64,000 nt of DNA from Candidatus Kaiserbacteria bacterium (GCA_016217965.1 JACRFI010000016.1:1837-65836), one strand, 5' to 3'. Counted from the stretch's first letter, positions 20,070 to 30,242 are shown. Notes: generated by a model from the sequence alone, not told the origin. Translations and numbers: made by a program.

Positions 20070-21677
20070 ATGGCTAAAAAGACGATCGCGGGCCTCATAA
20101 TCGGCTCGGCTGTGTTTTTCTCCTTCGGCATCAGTGTTTTGCCGGCGTCCGCTCTTACAATCGACGAGGTCCAGTCCCAGATACAATCGCTTTTGCAGCA
20201 GATATCGAGCCTTACCAATATCCTCAATTCTCTCAAAGGGCAGACCAACGCATCTATACAATCATCGGTGAATTCAGCTATCTCGATAGCCCCATCACAG
20301 CATCGAATCTGCAATGTTCTCGCAAGAAATCTTGCGCAGGGCACACAGGGCGATGATGTGATGAGTCTGCAAGAGTTTCTAAAAGCAGAAGGATATCTCT
20401 CCGCAAATGCGACTGGCTATTTTGGTCCAATGACAGCACAAGCTGTTGCAAAGTGGCAGGCGAAAGAAGGAGTATCCGCGGTCGGGCATTTTGGCCCGAT
20501 GTCACGCGAGCGCATCAAAATTTGGTGTGGAGGCGGAGGATGGGGTAACCAAGAGCGATTCTCGGCATCTCCCGCGCGCGGCTCGGCGCCACTAACGGTG
20601 GTTTTCGACACGTGGCTATCGGGTTTCAGGGTGCAGAGCATCTACTACACCATCGATTTTGGTGATGGAACGAGCGAAAGAGCTGCTGACTGCTATGCGC
20701 CGGCAGATGCGTGTTTGTCTCCTGGACAGAATAAGCATACGTACTCGCAAAATGGAACGTATACGGCGACCTTGAACAAGATCAGCGATCCATGCCAGGG
20801 AAATCCGGCATGCATGGCGCCGATATCTTCAGAAGTTGTCGCAAAACAGCAGATACATGTGGGGCAAACGGCATGTACAAAAGAATATGTACCGATGTGT
20901 GGCTCCAAACAGATCTACTGCATCACGACACCGTGCAATCCTATCCAGCAAACGTACAGCAATCGCTGCATGATGGAGGCAGATGGTGCATCGTTCTTGC
21001 ATGACGGCCAGTGCCGATCAGATTGGGAGGACCCCGCAAACGACCCGCGGTGCAAGGCTTGGTATGATGGGTGCAATAGTTGTTCGCGTTCTGCACCCGG
21101 ACAGCCTGCGATGTGTACGCTCCGTGCATGTATGTCCGACATGATGGCGAAACCATACTGCACTGCGTACTTCGACGGCACTACAAACAAACCGCCAACG
21201 ATCTCTGGCTTTTCGGGGCCTACGACGCTCAGAGTAAATGAAGCAGGCACATGGACGATCAATGCATCGGACCCAGAAAACGGGCAGCTGAGCTACCAAG
21301 TGTGGTGGGGAGATGAAGGCTACGCGCCGATGGCGAACATGGCTTCGTATGCGCGTGAGTTCACACAGACTACGACGTTCACGCATGCGTATGTAAACTC
21401 GGGTACCTACACCGTGTCGATCATTGTGCGCGACTCATCTGGACAGGAAGCGAAAACTTCCGCGACGGTGAACGTGAACACCGATGTCGCATGCATCGCG
21501 ATATACGATCCAGTCTGCGGCAGGCCCACAGGATGCGCAAACACGTGTCCTCCTGGGCAGTACTGCACTATGATCTGCCAACTGAAACGTCCGGAAACGT
21601 ATTCAAACCGCTGCGCGCTCAATGCAGCAGGAGCAGAATTTCTCTACAACGGCAACTGTGCGAGCACGACGTACTAG
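20070..21677 (+). CDS. secreted peptidoglycan-binding-domain protein with PKD-like and Kazal-like modules
   Basis: Signal peptide, coiled coil 'IQSLLQQISSLTNILNSLKG', PG_binding_1-like 'DDVMSLQEFLKAEGYL…GYFGPMTAQAVAKWQ', 'FGDGTS' PKD-like, Cys patterns 'C..PMCG…TYSNRC…C' Kazal-like (twice). Confidence 0.65.
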   Translation: MAKKTIAGLIIGSAVFFSFGISVLPASALTIDEVQSQIQSLLQQISSLTNILNSLKGQTNASIQSSVNSAISIAPSQHRICNVLARNLAQGTQGDDVMSLQEFLKAEGYLSANATGYFGPMTAQAVAKWQAKEGVSAVGHFGPMSRERIKIWCGGGGWGNQERFSASPARGSAPLTVVFDTWLSGFRVQSIYYTIDFGDGTSERAADCYAPADACLSPGQNKHTYSQNGTYTATLNKISDPCQGNPACMAPISSEVVAKQQIHVGQTACTKEYVPMCGSKQIYCITTPCNPIQQTYSNRCMMEADGASFLHDGQCRSDWEDPANDPRCKAWYDGCNSCSRSAPGQPAMCTLRACMSDMMAKPYCTAYFDGTTNKPPTISGFSGPTTLRVNEAGTWTINASDPENGQLSYQVWWGDEGYAPMANMASYAREFTQTTTFTHAYVNSGTYTVSIIVRDSSGQEAKTSATVNVNTDVACIAIYDPVCGRPTGCANTCPPGQYCTMICQLKRPETYSNRCALNAAGAEFLYNGNCASTTY

Positions 21678-22102
21678 ATAACGCCCCGGATCTTTTCGGC
21701 GATTTTTGCAGCTTCTCCCGCACCGTATGGCTTTCCTTTCCATAGCTCATGCCCGTCGTTCTGGAAGCGAGGCATGATGTGAACGTGCGCGTGAAAAACA
21801 ACTTGCCCTGCTCCGCTTTTATTGTTCATACCAAGATTTATTCCCGTTGGTTGGAGTGCTTTTTCTACTGCTAGCGAAATTTTCTTGACTGCCCCCATTA
21901 CGGCATTCCACTCCTCTTCGTCTATCTCGAACACATCGACAGCGTGTTTTTTGGGCACTACCAGCGTGTGTCCCGGATTTACGGGATTGATATCGAGAAA
22001 CGCAAACGTCTTTTCATCCTCGTATATCTTATTTGTGGGCAATTCTCCGCGAATTATTTTGCAAAAAAGGCAATCAGGCATGGAACTCAGTATAGGATAC
22101 AA
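21674..22102 (-). CDS. HIT-family (histidine triad) nucleotide hydrolase
   Basis: 'HAHVHIMPR' histidine triad, 'CLFCKI' N-terminus. Confidence 0.85.
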   Translation of the reverse strand: MYPILSSMPDCLFCKIIRGELPTNKIYEDEKTFAFLDINPVNPGHTLVVPKKHAVDVFEIDEEEWNAVMGAVKKISLAVEKALQPTGINLGMNNKSGAGQVVFHAHVHIMPRFQNDGHELWKGKPYGAGEAAKIAEKIRGVI

Positions 22103-23790
22103 TGGTCGGAATGGAAGTTTCAGATTTGGTGCGCACGTTGCTTGGGAAACGAGGCATCATCGAGAAAGATACCGTCGATAGATTTTTGGTCCCGGATTTT
22201 TTACGGGACACGCACGATCCGTTCCTGTTAGAAGGAATGGAACGTGCGGTTGCCAGGATTTTCGCGGTGATGGCTCAGAATGAACGCATCGCGATATACG
22301 CCGACTTCGATTGTGACGGAATTCCGGGTGCGGCACTTTTGTCGGATTTTTTTAGGAAAATTGGTTACGAGAATGTTCAAGTCTATATTCCGCATCGGGA
22401 TAGAGAAGGGTATGGATTCCACATTGCCGCGATAGAAAAACTGAAGCAGCAAGGTGTGTCTCTTATCATCACCATAGACGTTGGCACGACTGCGATTGAG
22501 GCTGTAAAACGAGCGAAAGAACTTGGTATCGATGTCATTGTCACCGACCATCATGAATTGAAAGACATTCTTCCTGACGCGGTTGCCGTAATTAACCCTA
22601 AGAACGGTACATATCCCTTTAAAGATCTCTGTGGAGCGGCAGTTGCATGGAAATTAGCATGTGCGCTCCTTGTTGAAGGCCGGAAGCGGGGCGATGCGCG
22701 ATTCACTTCAATTCCGGAGGGATGGGAAAAATGGCTTTTGGATATGGTTGCGATTGCGACCGTTGCAGATCTCGTGCCTCTCGTCGGGGAAAATAGGACT
22801 CTCGCGCACTACGGGCTTAAGGTTCTTCGTAAATCTCCGCGGCTTGGCATAAAGGCGCTCTGTGCGCGTGCACGAGTGCGGCAATTCGAAATTACGGAAG
22901 ACGATATCGCTTTTTCTTTTGCGCCGCGCATCAATGCGGCATCCCGCATGGATGAGCCGGAAGCTGCTTTCAGGTTGTTGACGACGACTGATGGTGACGA
23001 GGCCGAAAAATGCGCGGCGCATCTTGAAAGTTTAAATACGAAACGTCGAGGCGTCGTGGGAGCGGTTGTTCGGGAGGCAAGAAATCGCATCAAGGCACGT
23101 TTTTCGACAGGTGAAAAAGTCATCGTGCTTGGAGATACTGCGTGGAAACCGGCGCTCATGGGACTCGCGGCGAATTCCATCATGGGAGAACGTGGCGGGG
23201 TCGTCTGTATGTGGGGCAGGGACGCAAATGGGCGTCTAAAAGGTTCATGTCGTTCCGACGGCAGCCTATCTGTTGTCGAACTGTTCACGCGCGCCAGTGT
23301 TTCATTTGAGGAATTCGGCGGGCACCATGCATCCGGTGGATTTTCCGTCTCGCATGAATCGGTACACACGCTACACGAATCCCTATCGCGCGCAGCCGGA
23401 GATTTACCGCCCGCAAACGACATCGAAAAGAGGGATCCAGATGCAGAACTCTCCCTCTCGCGCGTAACGAACGTACTCCTCAAAGAACTTTCACAGATGG
23501 CGCCATTCGGGATCGGGAATCCGAAACCGCTTTTTCGTGTCCGAAACACGCGCATTACATTTGCACGCCAATTTGGGAAAGATATGAATCACACCGAAGT
23601 GACATTGGTATGTCCCGATTCTGGCGCGCAGTGCCGCGGATTCCAATTTTTCAAAACCCCAATGGATTTTACTGTTGCACCGTCTCCCGACACACTTGTC
23701 GACGTCTTGGCAACTGTGGAAAGAGACACATTTCGGGGGCCGGATCGCCTAGCGCTCAGGCTCTCTGATATTGTTGCGCCTCTGCAATAG
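22102..23790 (+). CDS. recJ: single-stranded-DNA-specific exonuclease RecJ (DHH family)
   Basis: DHH motifs 'DFDCDG', 'ITIDVG', 'VTDHHE', DHHA1-like C-terminal part. Confidence 0.85.
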   Translation: MVGMEVSDLVRTLLGKRGIIEKDTVDRFLVPDFLRDTHDPFLLEGMERAVARIFAVMAQNERIAIYADFDCDGIPGAALLSDFFRKIGYENVQVYIPHRDREGYGFHIAAIEKLKQQGVSLIITIDVGTTAIEAVKRAKELGIDVIVTDHHELKDILPDAVAVINPKNGTYPFKDLCGAAVAWKLACALLVEGRKRGDARFTSIPEGWEKWLLDMVAIATVADLVPLVGENRTLAHYGLKVLRKSPRLGIKALCARARVRQFEITEDDIAFSFAPRINAASRMDEPEAAFRLLTTTDGDEAEKCAAHLESLNTKRRGVVGAVVREARNRIKARFSTGEKVIVLGDTAWKPALMGLAANSIMGERGGVVCMWGRDANGRLKGSCRSDGSLSVVELFTRASVSFEEFGGHHASGGFSVSHESVHTLHESLSRAAGDLPPANDIEKRDPDAELSLSRVTNVLLKELSQMAPFGIGNPKPLFRVRNTRITFARQFGKDMNHTEVTLVCPDSGAQCRGFQFFKTPMDFTVAPSPDTLVDVLATVERDTFRGPDRLALRLSDIVAPLQ

Positions 23791-23807
23791 GTTGTTACAC
23801 TTGCGCC

Positions 23808-24455
23808 ATGAATACCTTTTCAGTAGGTGAGGCGATCAGGTTCGGGTGGGAATTATTCAAGAAACGTCCCTGGCTCGTGATCGGTGCATTTGTGCTGACT
23901 GGAATGCTTAGTGTCAGTATCCAGTTCACTTTTGGCCCAGAAGAAGGAGCTCCCGTGAATATCCCCGCTATGGTCCTCATTGGCATTTTGTCGGTTGTCG
24001 TGGGCACGCTCGCAGAGATAGGCATGATCACCTTTTCGCTTCGAGCGCATGATGCTATCGATACAGTCGGGATCAGAGACATCTGGAACCCGAAACTGTT
24101 CCTTCCGTATGTATTCGGCAGGATTCTGGTGGGAATCGTCGTCATCGTCGGACTCATCCTTTTAATTGTACCGGGCGTGATCTTGTCATTCGGTTTCATG
24201 TTTACTTCCTACCTGATTGTCGATAAAGGTCTCGGGCCTGTTGCGGCGATGAAGGAGAGTTGGCGTATCACGAAAGGTCATAAGTGGCAGCTTGCTTTGC
24301 TTGGTCTTGCATTTGCAGGATTAAACATTCTCGGACTGCTAGCCTTGGTAGTCGGACTCCTCGTCACGATACCCGTTACTTTGCTTGCGGCTGTGCACGT
24401 GTATCGAACTCTCGAGCACAAAGCGAGCGAAATGGTTTCCTCAACGGGCGTATAA
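23808..24455 (+). CDS. polytopic membrane protein (DUF975/YciC-like, hypothetical)
   Basis: 215 aa, 5-6 TM helices. Confidence 0.55.
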   Translation: MNTFSVGEAIRFGWELFKKRPWLVIGAFVLTGMLSVSIQFTFGPEEGAPVNIPAMVLIGILSVVVGTLAEIGMITFSLRAHDAIDTVGIRDIWNPKLFLPYVFGRILVGIVVIVGLILLIVPGVILSFGFMFTSYLIVDKGLGPVAAMKESWRITKGHKWQLALLGLAFAGLNILGLLALVVGLLVTIPVTLLAAVHVYRTLEHKASEMVSSTGV

Positions 24456-24464
24456 ATTCGTGAT

Positions 24465-24527
24465 ATGTCGGTAGTCATTTACACCGACGGCGGAGCGCGC
24501 GGCAACCCTGAGCCGTCGTCGCAATGA
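24465..24527 (+). pseudogene. rnhA 5' fragment (20 codons, MSVVIYTDGGARGNPEPSSQ*)
   Basis: Encodes the RNase HI N-terminal motif (I-YTDGGARGNPGP) with GC-rich codons unlike the intact rnhA 116 bp downstream; followed by GC-rich hairpins 24528-24640. Confidence 0.5.
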
Positions 24528-24642
24528 ACTGCTCCTCCTTGAGAACCCTCGGTTCTCAACGGCTTCGCCTGCTCTCCGACACGGGGAACTCCCGTTCCCC
24601 GACCCTCTTCCCCGACCCCGGATTACCTGTAGACTGTTTCTG

Positions 24643-25077
24643 ATGTCAGCGACACAAAACATAATTATTTATACAGATGGAGGAGCAAGAGGTAATCCGG
24701 GACCGGCAGGTGCTGGGATTGTTGCTTATAATGACGAGAAGAAGATTTTTGAATTAAAGAAATATCTTGGCGATAACCGGACAAATAATTGGGCGGAATA
24801 CGAAGCGCTTATTCTTGCGCTAACTGAGGCAAAGAAGAAGGGTCTGGGAGGAAAAGAACTTGAAATTCGCATGGACAGCGAACTTATTGTGCGGCAGATG
24901 ACGAATGAATATCAAGTAAAAGAAGAAACTCTCTGGCCGCAGTACATGAAAGCGCACAATCTTCTTGTTGCCCATTTTCCGAATGTGAAGTTCGTTCACG
25001 TCCGTCGTGAAGAAAACAAAGAGGCAGACAAGTTGGTAAACGAGGCTATAGACACAATGTTACAGGTCACTGATTAA
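24643..25077 (+). CDS. rnhA: ribonuclease HI
   Basis: 'IIYTDGGARGNPGPAG', catalytic D/E/D, 'YEALILAL' motif. Confidence 0.9.
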   Translation: MSATQNIIIYTDGGARGNPGPAGAGIVAYNDEKKIFELKKYLGDNRTNNWAEYEALILALTEAKKKGLGGKELEIRMDSELIVRQMTNEYQVKEETLWPQYMKAHNLLVAHFPNVKFVHVRREENKEADKLVNEAIDTMLQVTD

Positions 25078-25833
25078 ACTCTTTAGTCTAGATTTCTGCT
25101 CCAGATCGAGTCTCGCAATGACAGCTCGCAGATATTCTTCTGAGAGCCGCACGCGAAAACCTTTTCTCATCTCGTACAGACCTTTTGCTACGTCGCTTAT
25201 TTTTACACCGGAAGATAAGGCCGATTGTTGTGTATCTATCTGAAGCGCAATTTGTTCCAGCACCTCGAATTTCCTGTGAGGGTTAGATGGGAGCAAAATA
25301 CCGATTTCCGACACACTCGACACAGTGTCAGCGGGGTCTCTCTCGATATTCTTTTTTCTGAAATCTCTTTTTTGCTTTCCGACCACGGTAACGCCAAATG
25401 CTTCTACAAGGCCTGGATATCGTTGATATAAATACTGGTAGATGGCCCCGGGCTTTTTCTCGATTCGAGTAGCATATTCAGTATAGGTTATAGTTTTTTC
25501 TTGCGTCTGCGCAGTCTCCCAAAGTGGTGTGCGGTAAATTTTGTAAATGGTAACGATGAGTTCAAATTTTTTTACGTGTTCTTCGAGCAAGTGGAGCAAA
25601 TCAGTGGCGTTGCTCATTGTGCAGACGGCTTCGAGTATGTCGAATGCGCGAGTTCCATCTCTCAGCTCTTCGGAGATAGCTTCTAGAGACACCCTCTCCC
25701 CCCTTCCTTCTAGGTTTGTGATGGCACCTTCGCACTTTTCATATGAGACCTCCCTGAAACCAGGCATTGTTATGTCTCGGTTGATATTCTCGTCTGGCGC
25801 GAGCGCAGGTTTGGGGTCCCAGATCTCTTTCAT
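25060..25833 (-). CDS. hypothetical protein
   Basis: 257 aa, no motif recognised; 3' end overlaps rnhA by 18 bp on opposite strand. Confidence 0.45.
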   Translation of the reverse strand: MKEIWDPKPALAPDENINRDITMPGFREVSYEKCEGAITNLEGRGERVSLEAISEELRDGTRAFDILEAVCTMSNATDLLHLLEEHVKKFELIVTIYKIYRTPLWETAQTQEKTITYTEYATRIEKKPGAIYQYLYQRYPGLVEAFGVTVVGKQKRDFRKKNIERDPADTVSSVSEIGILLPSNPHRKFEVLEQIALQIDTQQSALSSGVKISDVAKGLYEMRKGFRVRLSEEYLRAVIARLDLEQKSRLKSLISDL

Positions 25834-25890
25834 GTTGCTCAGTATATCGCAAGACGCATGCTACACTTTTTGCATTATGAGTAATGCTAC

Positions 25891-26352
25891 TTGCTAACAG
25901 CTACAAGCTATTTGCGTATGGAAATTCCAATTAACTATCTTGCCGTACTGGCAGCGGCGATATCAAACATGGTCCTTGGTTTTTTGTGGTATGGGCCTCT
26001 TTTCGGGAAAATGTGGTCTCAGCTCATGGGTTGGGGCGAGATGACGCCTGAAAAAATGGCGGAAATGCAGAAAAAGGCACGATCCGCCTATGCAGCGAGC
26101 TTCGTAGGAGCGCTTGTTATGAGTTACGTTCTGGCACACGCCATCATTTTTGGGACGACGTACACGCAGATGTTTGGTGTACTCGGAGGAATGACCGGGG
26201 CATTTTGGTACTGGCTTGGATTCGTTGCTCCCGTCACCGTCGGCTCTGTTCTGTGGGATGGGAAGCCGTGGAAATTGTGGTTCATAAATGCCGGCTATTA
26301 CCTAGCAGCAATGCTAGTGATGGGCGCTATTTTGGGAGGTTGGACGGCATAG
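25891..26352 (+). CDS. DUF1761-like membrane protein
   Basis: 'LGFLWYGPLFGKMW' N-terminal signature, 4 TM. Confidence 0.5.
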   Translation: MLTATSYLRMEIPINYLAVLAAAISNMVLGFLWYGPLFGKMWSQLMGWGEMTPEKMAEMQKKARSAYAASFVGALVMSYVLAHAIIFGTTYTQMFGVLGGMTGAFWYWLGFVAPVTVGSVLWDGKPWKLWFINAGYYLAAMLVMGAILGGWTA

Positions 26353-26353
26353 T

Positions 26354-26737
26354 ATGGCCGACGAAGAGATAAAAATTGTTCCTGATGAGCCGCGTCGAGG
26401 ATGGCGCGAGCGGGGACAAACCATTTTTGCCGCTCCGAGAAGCGGGCTTGTTGGATTTGCAGATTTTATACGCGAGCGCGGTGTGATGGGACTTGCGATA
26501 GGATTTGTCTTGGGTACCTCGGTGCAGAAAGTGGTGACGGCATTCGTGAACGACATTGTGACACCATTCATAAATATTTTCTTGGGGCGCACTGACGGGT
26601 TTGCAAAATTCACTGTGGGACCCTTCGCGATAGGGGATTTTTTGTCGGTGACTATCGATTTCCTCATCCTCCTTGCGATAATCTACTTTGTTTTTAAAGG
26701 CCTTGGTTTAGATCGGTTGGATAAGCAGAAGGAATGA
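26354..26737 (+). CDS. mscL: large-conductance mechanosensitive channel
   Basis: 'FIRERGVMGLAIGFVLGTSVQKVVTAFVNDIVTP' MscL signature. Confidence 0.85.
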   Translation: MADEEIKIVPDEPRRGWRERGQTIFAAPRSGLVGFADFIRERGVMGLAIGFVLGTSVQKVVTAFVNDIVTPFINIFLGRTDGFAKFTVGPFAIGDFLSVTIDFLILLAIIYFVFKGLGLDRLDKQKE

Positions 26738-26831
26738 TCTGTCCCGTTAGAGGCAGGTCGCGTTTTCGCCGAAATATTGCAAAGAATAAAATGTGGATGT
26801 TCGGTACTATGTCACTTAACTCTGATGACTT

Positions 26832-28352
26832 GTGACCGCGGCCTCTAACGGGATGCGTTCGCACTTATTTTGGGTGGCAGTACTTGGATTCTTAGTTGGT
26901 GTTTTTGTTCGTTCGTTTCTTCCGCTTGGTTGGTACGCAGGACTCTTCGTTTTGCTTCTCGCCGGAGCACTTTTTCTCCTTACTATCGCCACGCGCCGCA
27001 CCCCGGCGATTATCCTAGGAGTTGCACTTGCTTCCAGCAGTGTAGGGGTTGTTCGTATGCACGTTTCAACTCTCGTTCTCGCCCCGGAGTTGCATGCGCA
27101 ATTGGAGAAAAAAGTCACTCTGGAGGGATATATATTCGAAGAACCGGACGCACGCGAGAGTAACGCCCGCTTTTCTATCCGGGTCGATACATTGGTAACG
27201 AGAGCAGGAACAACAGCCATTTCTGCAGGAGTTCTCGCCATTGGCCCATTGCATGCGAGTGTCGAATACGGGGATCGCGTACGTGCGGAAGGAGAATTGC
27301 GGCTTCCCGAGAGTTTTGAATCCGGCACAGGGCGTGAATTCAATTACCCCGCATACCTTAAGAAAGATGGTATTGGATACGAGCTTGCGTTTGCCCAGAT
27401 AGAAAAAATCGGCGAAGGTAGACAGAACCCGATTAAAGCCGGTGCGATTTGGATAAAACAAATATATCTCGCGGGTATTGCACTTGCGCTGCCGGAGCCT
27501 CATGCAGGACTTGCTGGCGGTATCACTGCCGGAGACAAGCGTGCGCTCGGAGGAGAACTCACAGATATATTCCGGACCGTCGGGCTTATTCATATCATCG
27601 TTCTTTCCGGCTATAACATCATGGTCGTTATCGGTTTCATTGACCGCATATTCAGTCCACGGCCCGTCGTGTTGAAAGTTTTTGGCGGCGCGCACCGGTG
27701 GGTTCGATTCTCTCTTGGCATTCTAGTCGCTATATTTTTTGCGCTCATAACTGGGCTTGCCGCCGCATCGGTGCGCGCGGCGGCGATGGCAATCATTGCA
27801 ATATTGGGGAAAGCGAGCGGCCGAACGTATCTTGCGCTCCGCGCACTGGCTCTCGTTGCATTCGGAATGGTGTTGTGGAACCCGTGGATACTCGCGTTCG
27901 ATCCTGGCTTTCAACTCTCCATTATCGCAACGTGGGGAATCATCTCTATTTCGCCTCTTATCGCTTCGCGGCTAGGTTTCGTCACGGAAAGACTGGGGCT
28001 CAGAGAGATTGCTGCGACAACAATCGGTACGCAAATTGCCGTACTACCGCTTCTGCTATATCAAAGCGGCACGTTATCCCTCGTTTCGCTGCCTGCGAAC
28101 TTGCTCACGCTCATCGTGGTTCCTTGGGCGATGCTCGCCTCTTTTATTGCAGGGGTTTTTGGAATACTTGCTGGACCGCTTGCGCCTATCGTCGGCTTTC
28201 CCGCATACGTTTTGCTCTCGTACATTCTTTTCGTCGCCGACTTGGCAGCACGCCTGCCGTTCGCGTCAATCTCGGTGGGCATCGTTGGCTTCTGGGTGTT
28301 GGTCCTGTCCTATGCATTGATAGGTGCCGTGTTTGCGAAAAGAGAAAAGTAA
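26832..28352 (+). CDS. comEC: ComEC/Rec2 competence membrane channel domain (DUF4131 + Competence), no MBL domain
   Basis: Multi-TM, 'IIVLSGYNIMVV' competence-domain signature. Confidence 0.75.
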   Translation: MTAASNGMRSHLFWVAVLGFLVGVFVRSFLPLGWYAGLFVLLLAGALFLLTIATRRTPAIILGVALASSSVGVVRMHVSTLVLAPELHAQLEKKVTLEGYIFEEPDARESNARFSIRVDTLVTRAGTTAISAGVLAIGPLHASVEYGDRVRAEGELRLPESFESGTGREFNYPAYLKKDGIGYELAFAQIEKIGEGRQNPIKAGAIWIKQIYLAGIALALPEPHAGLAGGITAGDKRALGGELTDIFRTVGLIHIIVLSGYNIMVVIGFIDRIFSPRPVVLKVFGGAHRWVRFSLGILVAIFFALITGLAAASVRAAAMAIIAILGKASGRTYLALRALALVAFGMVLWNPWILAFDPGFQLSIIATWGIISISPLIASRLGFVTERLGLREIAATTIGTQIAVLPLLLYQSGTLSLVSLPANLLTLIVVPWAMLASFIAGVFGILAGPLAPIVGFPAYVLLSYILFVADLAARLPFASISVGIVGFWVLVLSYALIGAVFAKREK

Positions 28353-28372
28353 CCGTATTGCTGCTGCGCTCC

Positions 28373-28708
28373 CTACCATTTCTTTTTTTGATCAGGATCA
28401 GAGTTCAATAGGTCTTCAAGCATTTCACCAACATCCATTTCTTGAGGCACAGTCGTGAGTTTGTTGATGACGCCAAGTTCCTGGGCTTTTTCAAGAACAG
28501 CTTCGAGTGCGGCAACCTTCGCATCATGTTCAAGAGCCGAATCGAATGTTTGTTGGCCTATGTTGTGCAATGCTTCCACCGCATTTGAATCTTCCTTTGT
28601 GATCTTGCCGAGAGCGGCACTGATCTCTTCGGGGGCCGTCCCCCCAGCGATGTTTTTTCTTTCTACCGATCTTTTTGATGGAGACACGTCTCGATCATCA
28701 AGATTCAT
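28373..28708 (-). CDS. hypothetical protein
   Basis: Track ORF 28373..28936 trimmed to internal ATG (MNLDDRD…) whose start overlaps sodA stop (ATGA). Confidence 0.4.
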   Translation of the reverse strand: MNLDDRDVSPSKRSVERKNIAGGTAPEEISAALGKITKEDSNAVEALHNIGQQTFDSALEHDAKVAALEAVLEKAQELGVINKLTTVPQEMDVGEMLEDLLNSDPDQKKKW

Positions 28709-29292
28709 ATATGTACCGTTGCGAACCTCTTTTCGATCACACCCCAATTCAAATTCTTGAAGAACGCGTCGATGTATTTTCCTTTGCCCGTTGCGCCATA
28801 GTCGAGGATAAATGCGTGTTCCCATACATCCATAGCGAGAATAATAGGGAGCGTAACGAAATGCCCCTGATGTTGCTCGCCCGTGAATCCGGCGAGAAAT
28901 TGCTCCGCCTCGGGATCCCAGTACAGGATAGCCCACCCTGGTCCGCGCATATTTCCTATCGCTTTGAAATACTGCTCGAAGTAACCCATGTATTCTTTCT
29001 GCAATTGCTTGGCGAGCGCACTCTCTGAGCCTAGTCCTTTTGCGCCACCTTCGAATTGCGAGAAATATAATTCGTGCAGGCGCATGCCACCGAATTCAAA
29101 CGAGCGGCGGCGGATCAATTCAGAGAGTGCGTGGGCATTTTTTTCGGTGTCAGCCGCATATTCGATTAGTTTCGCCGATATCGCATTGAAATTTTTTACA
29201 TAGCCTTGGTACAACCCCAGGTGTTCGTCCATCGTCTTTTTCGAGATGCCTTCTGTTTCGGGGAGGTTGAATGTTTTTGCAGTGTAGTCCAT
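28705..29292 (-). CDS. sodA: Fe/Mn superoxide dismutase
   Basis: 'HH..HH' N-terminal metal ligands, 'DVWEHAF' C-terminal signature (DxWEHAYY). Confidence 0.9.
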   Translation of the reverse strand: MDYTAKTFNLPETEGISKKTMDEHLGLYQGYVKNFNAISAKLIEYAADTEKNAHALSELIRRRSFEFGGMRLHELYFSQFEGGAKGLGSESALAKQLQKEYMGYFEQYFKAIGNMRGPGWAILYWDPEAEQFLAGFTGEQHQGHFVTLPIILAMDVWEHAFILDYGATGKGKYIDAFFKNLNWGVIEKRFATVHI

Positions 29293-29378
29293 AAGAAGAT
29301 TCGTATTTGGTATTCAGTATACGGTATGCGGTATGAAATGCGAAGGAAGACCGAGCAATAGAGCAGTATAATTTCCAA

Positions 29379-30242
29379 ATGCAAAAAAGCACGAAAGTTC
29401 TACTCCTCGTGCTCGCGATACTTGTTCTCATCAACGCGGTTATCTGGTATGCGGTTATCCGGAATCAACGAGACGGCACGCTCACCGTTTCATTTCTCAA
29501 TATTGGGCAAGGGGACGCGACATTCATTGAATCGCCCAGTGGCGTACAGGTCCTCATCGACGGCGGCAAAGGGCGTGCGGTACTTCGTGAACTGTCTGGC
29601 GTCATGCCATGGTTCGATCGTTCAATCGATGTTGTTATCGGCACTCATCCGGACCAAGACCACATCGGCGGGCTTCCTGATGTGCTTGCACGGTATCGCG
29701 TTTCGACGGTACTACGCTCGAGCGTTTTGGACGAAGAGGGTTCGGATTTTGCCGCATTCAACGAGGCAATCGCCAAAGAAAAAGAATCCGGCGGAGTGGA
29801 AATGATAGCTGAGCGCGGACAGGTATTTGACCTTGGAGATGGGGCCACGCTCACCATTTTATTTCCTGATCGAGATGTTCCTGGACTCGAAACAAATACA
29901 GGCTCTGTCGTCGCGCGGCTCAAATACGGAAACACATCGTTCATGCTGACGGGGGATTCGCCGCAAAGTATTGAAGAATATTTAGTGCGGCTCGATGGTG
30001 AGGCACTGCACTCGAGCGTCCTCAAAGCGGGACACCATGGTTCTCGCACGTCGTCATCGCCGCTTTTCGTGGGGTTTGTGGATCCGGAATACGCCGTGTT
30101 TTCTCGCGGATGCGACAATTCATACGGTCATCCGCATGAAGAAGTCGTGGAATTATTCAAACGGTTCGAAGTGCAAACGCGTGACACCTGCGATGGCAGG
30201 GTCACGTTCGTATCAGACGGGCAGAGTGTGCGGACTAGATGA
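29379..30242 (+). CDS. MBL-fold metallo-hydrolase (ComEC C-terminal beta-lactamase-like domain as separate gene)
   Basis: N-terminal TM, 'VSFLNIGQGDA', 'GTHPDQDHIGG' HxHxDH motif. Confidence 0.75.
   Translation: MQKSTKVLLLVLAILVLINAVIWYAVIRNQRDGTLTVSFLNIGQGDATFIESPSGVQVLIDGGKGRAVLRELSGVMPWFDRSIDVVIGTHPDQDHIGGLPDVLARYRVSTVLRSSVLDEEGSDFAAFNEAIAKEKESGGVEMIAERGQVFDLGDGATLTILFPDRDVPGLETNTGSVVARLKYGNTSFMLTGDSPQSIEEYLVRLDGEALHSSVLKAGHHGSRTSSSPLFVGFVDPEYAVFSRGCDNSYGHPHEEVVELFKRFEVQTRDTCDGRVTFVSDGQSVRTR

Noticed and set aside
28709-28936. N-terminal 76 codons of ORF 28373-28936 overlapping sodA in a different frame
   Set aside because: This would require a 230-bp same-strand overlap with a highly conserved sodA. 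An internal ATG gives a clean ATGA junction instead.
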